This document shows positions 14,255 to 26,513 of a stretch of DNA of 64,000 bases, piece by piece. Each line of letters starts with the position of its first letter. Within the stretch, counting starts at the first letter, position 1. The stretch spans positions 806,001-870,000 of the forward strand of contig NW_002060965.1 in assembly GCF_000150275.1 (NCBI RefSeq). The letters run 5' to 3'. Origin of the DNA: Trichoplax adhaerens (taxonomy: Eukaryota; Animalia; Placozoa). The notes beneath the pieces are model-generated. The model saw only the letters and a program-made list of their open reading frames with translations, had not been told where the DNA came from and did no database searches. The position numbers were made by a program, and so were the translations under genes.

Positions 14255-17200
14255 TTACGGACGACTTCCAAAAATAGCACTTCCTACTCTTACGCTGGTA
14301 CTACCCATTTCAATCTACAATTTTCGTAGTAAATATCAAGTTATAGCCAATCAGAAATAATGGGATATTTCCCAACTGTACATATCATGCTTTGCTATTT
14401 ATGCATAGGTATAAAGTTAGAATTGTCTAGCATATGTAACCACATACCGCGTGTTCAAAGTCTTGCGACATCCCCATGCTTAGCTCCAAAGCATCAATGG
14501 GGATACCCATTTTATCAGATACAGTCTTCCGACACTCGCTTAATAACTATAAGATTATTAAATTGAAACTATGAATTAGCATGAGGCAACTACTACTGTA
14601 CCCAAAAATTAATTTGAAATATTAAAGAAGTTTAAGATAGATTGCACCTATACTATTATGTAAACCAAGACTCGTATATAACGGAAAAATAACAGCTATG
14701 ATCATTTTAATTAGATACGCACTCTGAAGTCCGGGTTGCTATCCGCATCATGACGGCCTAATTGTCCAATAGTCATAAGGCCAACAAAATTTAACTTTTT
14801 ACATCGTTTCAATACATGATCAACGATTGTTACACAATCATCTGGCGGACATCCACTTTTATCTAGCAAGAGAGAAAACACTAAAGTAAGAATCGTTCAT
14901 TTTCTAAATTAAGTTCATATTAAACATTCAAATTAACATTAATGCAATTCTAAATAAAAATAAAACTGATGGCTTCCACATTAAGCTCTATGACGTACTT
15001 TTAGCGCAAGTACAGTATTGTAAAATGTAACCTTTCGAGAATAAATTTTAAGACTCATTTTCTAATAATGCTAATATAACTTTCAATCAAAACACTAACC
15101 AAAAATAACAACTTCTAAAGTAGCCCAGCATAATATCATTTATAAACATTTTTAGTGCACACACATATCTTTTCTATGAGCGTAAGCGAATAATTTATAA
15201 TAAACGTTTACGTATGTTAAGCCTCAAAAGAATTATGAATACAAGATGTTACTATCGCTACTATACGAATTTGAAGCGTAATTTAATTATGCATGCTATC
15301 TCACTATCACTAAACCGATAAAAGAATAATAACTAACATTGACAGTTGCAGTAACAAGAGCAAATAGTATAATGCCACTGATAGCCAGTGTATGATCAGA
15401 CGCATACGCGTATACAAGCCTTCGACATGGTCAAGCTGCAAAATCAGTGCTCAGGTTAATAGCTCAATAATTACAAATCTATAACATAGATAACTTGAAG
15501 CAGTTAATTAATGCCATCAATGCAGTATAGCACAGCATACAGTTTAGGTTATTATATACAAGTTGAACTTTATTATTATACTATCGACGTGATGACTACA
15601 TATATTGAAATGATCATCAAGATGTTGTACAGTATGCGTGCATAGACTTTCGTTAAAAAACTGATTTACATCGTATTGCCATTCTTTAGATGATTCATTG
15701 CTAATAATAGCGGTGGCTAAAGTTCGGTTAAATTTCAAATTTTTTTAATTAAAAGTAATGCAAGTTCGGTAAAATTGCCAGTAACGTACGCACTAAACGT
15801 GTTTGTTTTGGCGTCCCTATACTTCTCGTTCATTCTGTACGAAATATGTTTAGGAGCCAATTGCAATAGAATATGGTACATTTACTTTTAGCCATTATCA
15901 ACATAGAATAGCCGCTGTACGAATAGATAGTATCTTAAATAGCCAAATTATTTATGATACAATCTGATTTTAAGCGCATTGCAAACTAGTGATATAAACT
16001 ACTTGAACTTGTCTCTGTCGCACGTTTCTTCGCGTACAATCATGTTAAAATTACTAGTAATCTACTGTACTAGAAATATTTGACATCAATGTACTACAGC
16101 ATATAAGCCTGTTATACCACTTAAAACATAAAACTGCTTTGACTTACTTTCTTCTTGGCTAGTATTTACTTGCACCATGATGTTAAGTTGTTCCAACTTT
16201 CCAGCACTTTCCCAAGCCTTATTTAAACAATCTGCCAATTTCTTTGAATCAACTGTTTCTACCGTATCCAGATTCGGAATAGCTATTGGTATCAGACCAC
16301 AACAAACAACTATTAACAAATCGTAGTCCATTTTTTTAGCAATCGTAAGAATGTAAACGTACCGGCAAGCTTTTTACATTTGTTACTTTGTAAATGGCCG
16401 ATAAAATGCCACTTGATTTGTCCTTTGGTTGCTTTCAAAAGCTATATGATTGAATAAAATGGATCATCATTAATACTGCAACAATTTTTTCCAACACGGA
16501 TGAGAGGTGCCATATATGGCCAAATAAGCTTGTTACATGAATCCAAAAGAAGAGACTACTTTATAAATACAAGAGTTCAAAAGAGATAAATGGATGAATT
16601 TCTAAATTCATTATTACTGATAAACTCTGTAGTAGCTGGAGTCATAAGATTGTTCAGCATATCACGACTGGTGGTACAAATGCTTATTCTATCGTTCTGA
16701 AAACTATGATAAACTACCATACTGTATATACGTACAATGATAAAAGGTGTAACGATTGTTTTATGGGAATGATTAATGATGCAGCAACTGTTATCAATTT
16801 GAGAGTTAAAGTATTCAATGGATCTGCTATGTTGTCATCGGAAATAGGAAAAGAATATTAAAGTTTTCTTCGTACAGTAAAGGCTGTATTTATTGAAAAT
16901 CCAACATAATTTGGGAATCACGACAAGTTGATAATCTATACTGCTGTAAGTTTATCCTAGCTTACCTCTTCGTCGTTCGCTTTACGCTCTAACTCTTGAA
17001 CCTACGAGCAGTATAGTATTAGAGATAAAAAAAATGTTGTACGATTAGGATAACGAATATTCTAAATGCAATCCATAGTAAAATAACTTCTATATCAGTA
17101 TATATAGAGAGATACGTAAAATTGTCTTTTGTTATCGAAGCTACCATTAATCTCCAATTCCTATCGCCAAGTTTACAATTTTTAAACGATAAGGAGCAGT

Positions 17201-19299
17201 CAAGTACAATTATCACAAGGTTTTATGGTGCTGTTTTAAAATGATATTTTCCAAAGGGACAGTATAAAACGACATCACGACATCGTTCAATGCATGCAGT
17301 ACAAGTAATCCGCACTATCAAAATAAAGGCATCAAATTCTTAACTGTATTCCAACCTTACTATCAACTTCAAAATCAAATGTTTATTTTACGATTATACC
17401 TTACTGTCGTGACTTAAGAGCAACGATATTCTACAGACTCTAGTTAAGGATTGATTAATTAATTACTATTTCGATAAGTGGATTTTAGTTATCGTACTAG
17501 TAACTTTAGCCTTCTCTAGAATCGACACAATACTACAAATTGATGAGAAATAAAATAATTACTGGAAAAAATTTTGAGCCACTAAGGAGGCAGTGTTACT
17601 GTTCAAGTTTTCCTTTTAAGTTCTCAATAGCAAAAATTGCAAATGATACATCTTGTATTTCATAAACTTACATAGTTTTCACCAAAATGAGTTTGACCAC
17701 TTTCAAATGCATCAATTATAAGATTAACAGGCTTTGTTTTGCTGACGGCAACTAAACGAGGCTCTATATTAGGTAATTCCTATTTGAAATAGCAATAGAG
17801 CATATTTGTATCGAGTTTCATTGGAGGGATTATTTATATGTCTATTCTTGAAGATAATTATCGTGTGATTGATATTGGAGTAACAATATCACATCCAATT
17901 CGCTTAATTCCGCTTCAACTGATACGTAGTGCATCTGGTAGATTAGCATGATTCAAGCAAGAATTATAGGTCATAAAAAATAAATAAATAATTATAATGC
18001 TGTAAAAAACAGTTTATGATTGTAATGTATATTGAAAATTTTCAAAGTCGATGGACATTTTCTCTCCAGCGCTTAGTGTCAAGTTTATTTACAGTATTTC
18101 TACATGTTTTACAGCTGCAGACTGATCATTTCTCATATTACTGTACAACATAGTATGATTGTCATTCACTTGAAATTCATTTTTAAAACTACAGTACAGT
18201 AATATTACGATGAAGAGCTTCAACAAGTGCTGAGGTCAAATAAGACGGCCTTTCCAAGGGCAGGAACAAGAGATTTTTGCTTTTTGGATATTGCCATCGT
18301 ATAGTATCTTAAGCTATCAGGGTCAATCTTATTTAAAAGAATAATATTCATGTTGTAGTGCAACCGCTGAAAGTATAAATCAAGTAGAACAGAATGAGGC
18401 ACAGTTACACGATGAGAAGAACAAAGTGTTGAGCTTGTAAAGTGGAATAAAACTACCGTGGTTTTAATTTCTTTATAAAAGCATAGTTAGTGACTCTTTG
18501 ATGTAATTATTACTGTATATTTTGGATAGCAATAATCATCCTTGTAAAACCGTGATATAGAACGGTTAGATGATGTTTTTCGATCCGTCAGAAACGATGA
18601 GATTGGATCTGTCCAATGTATGAAAATTGTGTTGTCCTGGAATGAGTTGTAATTTATTTTATTTATATTGATTTAAGCCAGTGATGACAGATTGTTCTGA
18701 TCTAGGTCAAAGTGTCTTTCCTACTGATGATCGAGCATTTTAACATTTTTATTATTACAAAGTCGTTGGGTTTTAATACAGACGATCGTCATGTAGGGCC
18801 AAAATAAAATGAATTTGCCATCATATTGCATGCTGGTGATGCAATTAGCCAATTTCCCGGTATGATTATTATTGGGGTGGACGGCGAGCTACTGCATGTA
18901 CTACTATACTGTATCTATTGTTGGAGTTGTTCATCATGTTGTTGTAATAGAGCCAACAGTTTGCTACTATTGATGGTAACTCATTGCAAAGGGATTTCCT
19001 ATCCAAGCTCAATGTATAACAATTAATGGATTGGATCTACGGATAAGAAGACAATTTTCATCATCAAGACTACGACATGAATGAAACGATGGCGTCCATG
19101 CCGCTGGGAACTACGCTTTGACTTCTGGGAGTGCTGGTAAAGTGGCAACATATTGCAATCAAAGTCCATTACTGTTGCAGCAAGTACTTACAGCAGATCG
19201 ACGCAATTTAGCAGCTTCAATTCGCTGTAGGATATTCTCTCTTGCTCGACCAACCTCCGTTAAAGCAATCATGATACGACGAGCGCTGGCTATCGACAT
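14255..19299 (-). CDS. PLPBP: Pyridoxal phosphate homeostasis protein (PROSC/YggS family), 8 coding exons
   Basis: Exons: 19299-19192 MSIASARR...RRSA; 17779-17672 [11 protein letters not shown]...HFGENY (PLP lysine intact); ~17002-16967 [12 protein letters not shown]; ~16440-16362 [13 protein letters not shown]; ~16282-16148 [10 protein letters not shown]...[11 protein letters not shown]; ~14862-14720 KSGCPP...GLMTIG; ~14548-14448 [13 protein letters not shown]; ~14314-14255 [19 protein letters not shown]. Confidence 0.96.
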
Positions 19300-19354
19300 G
19301 GTAGAGATGGAAACGGCAATGGAAAAGGAGATATAAAAGGAGAAAGTAGACGAG

Positions 19355-19475
19355 GATTAATGGCCAATCAACGCACGTTCTCCAAAGCTATTGTCGCTGC
19401 TGGCTGTATGGTAGTGCTCACTGGCTACAGTATCCAATGGTGGAACCAACCAGCCAGGTCACGACCAATGACTTA
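19355..19475. promoter_or_regulatory. Putative proximal promoter of PLPBP with clustered CCAAT boxes
   Basis: ggccaatca (~19362), atccaatgg (~19432) and gaccaatga (~19463) lie 60-170 bp upstream of the ATG in locally GC-richer sequence. Confidence 0.35.
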
Positions 19476-19497
19476 TAGTGTACAGTATTACTGTACT

Positions 19498-19821
19498 GAG
19501 AGATATCGTTACCCTATGGGTGGCACTAGGGCCTCTACGTTCAAAAGGCCATTATTTAGAGAGATAATGATCTGAGCTATGGACAATGATCACGTGATAC
19601 AAAAGGAGGAGCTTCTTTTGTTTCCTTTGAAGGGGCATTGTACTGTACTGTACCTCTTTTTAGAGGTGAGAGATATCGTCACCCCTATGGGTGACACTAC
19701 GTTATACCTACACCTAAATGGCCATTATTTGGAGAGATAATGACCTGGGCTATGGAGAATGATCACGTGGTGCAAGAGGAGGAGCTTCTTTTGTTTCCTT
19801 CGAGGGGCATTGTACTGTACT
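19498..19821. repeat. Two-copy direct repeat, 170-bp offset
   Basis: gagagatatcgt.accc.tatgggtg.cacta...ggccattattt.gagagataatga.ctg.gctatgga.aatgatcacgtg...gaggagcttcttttgtttcctt...aggggcattgtactgtact begins at 19498 and again at 19668. Confidence 0.9.
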
Positions 19822-20263
19822 AGAGGTATTTAGAAGTCCGTCAATACAGTAAGGTCATCGGTCACACAGGTCAATTTCGACATTGTTTCACGGTTAAAAT
19901 AAAATGAAAACTGTATCAGTACAATAACAAAAGAATGCTACAGTACAGTACAGTATCTATTCACTCAACCATCCTACTGTACACTGTACAGTTGTACTGT
20001 ACAGTATAGTACTGGATGGGGGACCACTTCTTCTTGCGGTCCCAGGACTCCATTTGGCTACCGAAAAGGCTTGATTAGGTTCGAATATTGATTTTGAGGT
20101 AGCGATTTGGTGATTTGCAGCACTCTGACTCTGCCAGCTAGTATCAAACGCATCGTCATCTGGCTGAGGACTGCGGATACAATCACCTAGCCTACAGTGT
20201 ACATAGGGTAATGGACTACATAAAGTACGGTACTCTATAATAATTAGAATTGTCAGTTAAAAG

Positions 20264-20430
20264 TTGGAGAGAAATCCAGAAACTCTGGTCTGGTTCATAC
20301 GGTCATGGACTACAAAAGAAATACACTACAAGTGTACACTGTATAGTACTGTAGAGTCGACTAAAAATTGGAGAGAAATCCAGAAACTTTGGTCTGGTTC
20401 ATACCGCCATGGACTACGACAGAAATACAC
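20264..20430. repeat. Two-copy direct repeat, 104-bp offset
   Basis: ttggagagaaatccagaaact(c/t)tggtctggttcatac...catggactac...agaaatacac at 20264 and 20368; partial atggactaca at 20211. Confidence 0.9.
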
Positions 20431-22912
20431 AGTTCAAGGGGGAAATAGAAACTGTACGCATCATGTACTACGCAATACTGTACAGTACTGTACAATGTAC
20501 ATTATGCTATACCTTGGATCACTAGAACACCGCTGGTTCCGCATTGATGAAACTCGACTTCTGCAATACTGCATATTCAGATCTGCAGAACCAGGTATCG
20601 CAGAAGTAGTTTCATCAACGTCATAGAAATATGACAGATCATTTTAATTGAATGATGTTAGAATTTTATAGCGTATAATGAGTCTATGGTAGCTAAAGTG
20701 AATTCACTCTGAGGCATGCCATATCATGTTTGCTGCAGGTTGTCACTTGTCAGCCAGCATTATAAGCAGTGGATTACAATTCAGTGAACCATTTCTATTG
20801 TAGTGTACAGGATGCTTGCTGCGGTATTATGCACTATTCACCGTGCACAATAGAGTAGACTCTTCAGATTTTAATTTGATGTTCACAACTCTATATACAG
20901 TACTGTACTGTACAAGTGCTATACTGTATGTTCAAGGCGAGTAGACAGCAGCATTCTGATCATTTCCGCACTGTGGTAGTTGTAATGATATCTTCTTTAA
21001 GTAGCGTAAAGTATTTTAAGGTAGACGATGATAAAAGGTATAAAGGATTTTATTGAGATACAAGCTATAGGCTAACAATGATATGGTTGTTATAGATAAG
21101 GTATTTGAGATAGCAGGAACGTAGGAACTGACTAACGAGTTAGCTTACAAGGGTATTTATAGGTTTTAGATGAGGTTGAGATAATGTCTTTATATGTACA
21201 GTATAGCATGTCGTCTATATGTCGTCATGATGTCGTACATTATGAATACTAGTGCAAACTCCCGTCGCTTTACTGACGGTTTACGATAATGTGCTCATTT
21301 AACAGAGGTTCAGTAACTTTATATCGTGTACTGTGTACAGTACTGTACTGTACTGTATATAAGATCATAATGTTACAGTAGTGATTTCAAATGCTTGGAG
21401 ACGTTCAGCATCCAATAATTCTGAGCATCAAGTTAACATCCGAAAGGGTTTACAGTGTACATTCTATAGTACAGTACTGTACAAGGATAGGGCGATCAGC
21501 ATTTTGTATGGATTGTTGCAAGTACAACGAAAGCAAAATTAATCCTACCATCTTCTTCCAGCCATAGGTAGCAGACTGGCATAGGGATATTATTAACTAA
21601 AAAAGACATGCAAAATATTTTTTCATCTCCTTGCAGTTGTGATTTTCCAGTCTACTGTACTGTACTCCAGGGTTTGAGATCATGTTGGTGATAATACTCA
21701 TAATAGTACTGTACTCTACATACTGTACTGTAGGTGTATAGTACAGTGTACAGTACTGGGTGTTACAGTACAAAGAACGGTACCGCACTGTATTGTACTG
21801 TACTGTACAGTACTGTACTGTACTGTACCCTATAACGAATTATCTATTGTCCTGTCTGCCTGCTCAATCTTGTCCTATTGTTCAACTAGCTTGAAACAAA
21901 GACTTTCTTTTTAATCTATCTTACAGTATTTTGATGTTATTGTTTTCAATAATTTATTTAAAAAAATTTTTAACCGTAATGTATTGACTATCAAATTCAA
22001 AAACGAGAAAGTCATTGATGACGGCATGACACAATCTTAATTTTTTTTTTCTTTTTGTTGTCTGGTCTCATCGTTGCCAACGATCTGCTCGAATTGGATT
22101 CTTTCACTTGGATAGAATTCTACGGTCGAGAAAGACGAGGTCGATCTTTCAATTTGTCGACTACTTTATTCTACTGGACACGTATCTTGTAGCCGGTCAA
22201 CAGGCTCGTTGCTCGACAACACGACGTGGTCTTACTGTCCGATCCGATTGTTGTCTCTGGATCAAGTTGATGGATTATCTTGCCCCTTTATTTTGACTTG
22301 AAAAGTGGAAATCAAACGGAAGAAATTGACGTTAGGATACAGCCTTGAATTACTTCGATCTTATTCACACCTTTTCAATATTGCATTGTACAATCCTTGC
22401 ACTACTACGGATAACTCGGGCTGATTTCTCAATCGACGAGCATTAGCAAAAGAAAAAAAAAGGACTCTTGTCAATCACTTGCTTGATGTTTGGAATGGTT
22501 GCTCATGAGCTGCAAGAGTAGTATCGAAGGGATAACATTCTACTTGATGACAATATCGAATTTATCAATTAAAGTACTTTCTTGGCCTCTTTGGTAGTGT
22601 AATGGCCAAAAGAACATAGCGACATCACTGTGTGATCATTATTTCCTTTCACACTTGGATATTACTACGTTTTGCTATTACTATCATAAACAATAATAAA
22701 AGACAACAAACAGATTCAGCTTTTGCAGGGTACATCGAAGACATTTTGGCTAGCATTATAGCTTGCCCCTTGCATAACAGAATTATAGGTCGAAAATTAT
22801 TGGTGGTTCTCCAAATATAATTCCTTCCACTATTACAGTCCATCACAATTTGGCCTCTTGCAATTTATCCAAGATATTTGGGTGATAAAAAAAGAAAGTT
22901 TTACAAACAATC

Positions 22913-25900
22913 ATGAAGATTAACACACGCCAATGGACCGTTTCCGGCTTAAACAAAAACTTGACTTTCGTCATATGCCAATTTTATATAGTCATTTCTA
23001 TCCTTCCATCAACGATGGCCTTCACTAATAATAAGGAAAATTTGGTATCGTCTGCTAAACTATCATTAAAAAGCCAAGCTATCATACCCTTAGACACATT
23101 ACTATCTAAGAATAGCGCTGGAGACCGATTTCTGGTCGTCGCTAACATATCTTGCTATCAGGTACGTCTTTCAACAATACGCATATTACAAAAATTTTTC
23201 CAACTAAACTGTTACACCTGGACGTTTAACGGATTGCAACATTATTCTATCCTCATCAATTCTGCCTCAATCTTTCTATCATGTAGTGATAGATTGCTCA
23301 AGAGTAGAGCATTTTAAACTAATTAGTCCTGATTGAAAAATGTATTTAATTAATGCATTCACCAGTAAATTATAATGATTACTCTTTGAGCCTGCAAACA
23401 AGAGTACGTTCAATCCAGTTTACGCCATGTCTAAATTGTATGATTCTATTTAATTACTAAACTCAAAGGTCATAAATATAAAATGATGCTTTACTGCTCT
23501 CTATTTTGCAAGATCATCTCCTCTATGTCATTACATAGATAGTTATTATGCACAGACTACCAAATCAGTATGAACCATAGCATTCATTTTTAATATGGCT
23601 TGTTCAATATTAATTAATTAATTATTTAATTACCAATATTGACTTGAAAACAGCTTGCATCCAAAAATGGATTCAGCCGACAACAAGTAATATCATTTTC
23701 TTCAGTATTGCAATCAACTCTAATATTTTTCAGCTACCATCGTTGCAAATTACAACTTATTATACCGTAGTCTACGTCGGCATTTCTTTTTCTTTATTTC
23801 CTCCATATCTCTTTTCAATTTCTACCCTGTAAAACGTCAATAGTCACAATCGATGACAAATGCAATGGAAAAAATATATCGTTAATGTCTCTCTATTAGT
23901 ATTATTTATTTATTGTTAGTGTATTAAACTCAACCAGTCAAAACTTAGAATTAAATATGTTTTTCTCCTTGAGAATAGCTATAGGCCTGAATAATTAATT
24001 ACCCTACATAATAAATGCTTAGCTTATAACCGCTAATTCCTATAGTGGTATGATTGAATAAAATCTAAGAGGCAAACCCGGTACTCTGTATTGCAAAACC
24101 TTAGACATTAGTCTATCATAAAAAGTCAACTATTTTCTACTGTATGTAGAAGGAAATGCTTTCAGAGTTTTTGTTCGCATTCATTTACAAAACTGCAAGA
24201 GTACGGTGCCTCAGACGTATTTTTACCTATCATATTGAAGATTGAAAAAAGTGACATTAACTGAAACACGAGTATGATCATCGTTACAAGATTGCAAAAC
24301 TTTTACATAATGCATATATAACCTGTGCTACCTTATAAATTATTTTATCAAACAATCATAGATGATTAATTTTACGATCGCGTACAATAACTTAATAGTT
24401 CGATTAATTATATTATCTTTTAGCTTATCAGACTTTACCAATTTTTACCAATTTCTCTTCATATTTCTCAAATTCTATATTTAACCAAGCAGATTAGACC
24501 TTCCTTTTCCATATTATCCTGCGAATTTTCGAATGACCGCGATGAAAACGTAAGTTCTTTCTACCCTCATATGATAACAGCAGAATATTAACGCCATTCT
24601 TTTTTAATTTATACACTTAAAGTGTAATGTTCCCAAATTAACGAAATAGACATGATCATTTCTATTTTCATAAAGCTGAAGTAGAATCTAAAACTTGTTC
24701 ATTTAAAATCCCTTTTCTATGTTCAGAAATTACTGAATAAACCATGCGACACATTTCTTATTAATCAATACTGCCAGCGGAAAGTTACAGCTGATAAATA
24801 TAAAAATGATCAGATTACTTTGCTATATGAAATCAACAATGGTAACCTTTCCAAATTATATATCCAAAGTTGTCAAAGTAAAGATGCCATCAAAAAAAGT
24901 AGATGGCTCGATATTAAACGAAACGCAAGCTACTGCAAGGTTAGAATCTTAGGTCATTAATTATGGAATTGCATCCTATACGGGTATACTGCCTATCCTG
25001 TATTAAAAATGGCAATTGATAAATCGGCCATAATAGTGTCCAAGCATTGTGATTTAAAATTAATTATCACTCTTTTATTATGTTTTATAGGCTGACCTAA
25101 CCTTCATCAACAAAAATGCCGAATATGCCTTTAACATTTACGTTGTAATGTTGTTATTTTGGTGTATTTTAACTGTTTTTTGGATATTAAATTGGATTAT
25201 GTACTGGAAGGTAAATTTTTATACACAATGAACATTCAATATATGTATGACATAAAAGTTGCCTTAGCAATGTGTTAGTAAGAAAACACGAAATGATAGC
25301 CAGCGGATGAAATCTTTTCCATCACTAATAGATTAATTTACTATATTTTACAGTATTCAAACAATCTCCACAAAATTATCACAGTTTATCCTATCATCAA
25401 GGTCACGGCACTGCTTTTTACTACTATACGACTTCAAATTCTATCAACATCAGGTACTATAATTGATTTATATATCCTTACTAGCGTACCATAGATCACA
25501 ACGATACCTGAATTAATGCAATTTATACCTAAATATAACGGTATTCGTATTTTCAAAAAATCACCAATATTAAAGTCATAGTATTATCAATTTTAATAGG
25601 AAAATCCTTCACCATACTAGATACAACAGTAACGGTTTTTGATAGCATAGAAAATCCATTCTTATTTGCTATCGTCATGTTAATTTCTGAGGGCTATTGT
25701 ATTATTAAAGACTCTGTTAGCAGACACAAGATTTTCGAATTAGCAGGTAACAGTGTATTATTAGAACATAAATATAGTATTATTTTTGTTTAAGTTGGGT
25801 TATACTCTCTTCCTTTTTATTAGTGTATTCTATACTCTTCTCGATATCGACTATGTGCATGCTCTTGATCCACAAATATTTCTTGGTAAGAACAATTTAC

Positions 25901-26513
25901 AATTTTTTTTATGTTCCCGGCGAGACATTTTATTTATGTATTACTAAACTAATCATATTATCTTTCATTTGTTGTTATAACATCTCTATAGAGCGTGATG
26001 GTATTTTGTGCTGTCGTTATGATGTATAAAGCTTTAAAATGGTGTACGTATAATATAATGTTACTTCGACAATTCTCTGAAAGATTAAAGTGTATGGTTT
26101 CGGAAGTAAAATTAGTACATATGACACACGTAACCCCACAAGATCAAATTGCTGCAAAATTAAATATTTTGTTGCGTCTTAGACATATATGCGCAATATT
26201 CTCTGTTATGTTTGCTGCAGCTATTACATTAACATCTCTACTGTATCAACTCCTGTGGATTCAAGCTCTATTCTTTGAAATTCCCAAGACTTTTTTGTAC
26301 ACATGTATAGCATACCTTTGTAGATTGCGAAATTTTGCCCCCTATAATGAGATTACGTTAGCCATTCCTTCTATGGATTATAATATTATTTATACACCTC
26401 GATCATCTGGCGAGGATAAACTTGGCATTTACTTAGCAATACCATTAGAAAATGGAGAAAATCTTGTTGATAATGATGAATTAAATAGAAATACAAATAA
26501 CATTTCTGAATAA
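22913..26513 (+). CDS. Divergent GOST / lung seven-transmembrane receptor-like protein (GPR107/GPR108/TMEM87 superfamily)
   Basis: In-phase exons 22913-23161, ~24424-24549, 24727-24939, 25091-25210, 25354-25452, 25600-25746, 25824-25885 and 25993-26513. Hydrophobic N-terminus, Cys-containing luminal domain, then 7 hydrophobic segments. Motifs NLHKII..YPIIK, MLISEGYCIIK and FFE...CRLRNFAPY resemble GPR107/TMEM87. Start codon (22913 vs ~23015) and second-exon acceptor are uncertain. Confidence 0.7.

Larger units (their letters stand above)
19480..21830. repeat. Dispersed TACAG/CTGTA island in the PLPBP / 7TM divergent intergenic region
   Basis: Clusters at ~19940-20012, 20330-20350, 20465-20500, 20895-20930, 21328-21358, 21468-21483 and densest at 21650-21828. 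Confidence 0.8.

Noticed and set aside
20533-20600. SECIS, C/D snoRNA or hammerhead reading of tgatgaaa
   Set aside because: No matching D box, SECIS helix II or hammerhead core, and it is not in a 3'UTR.
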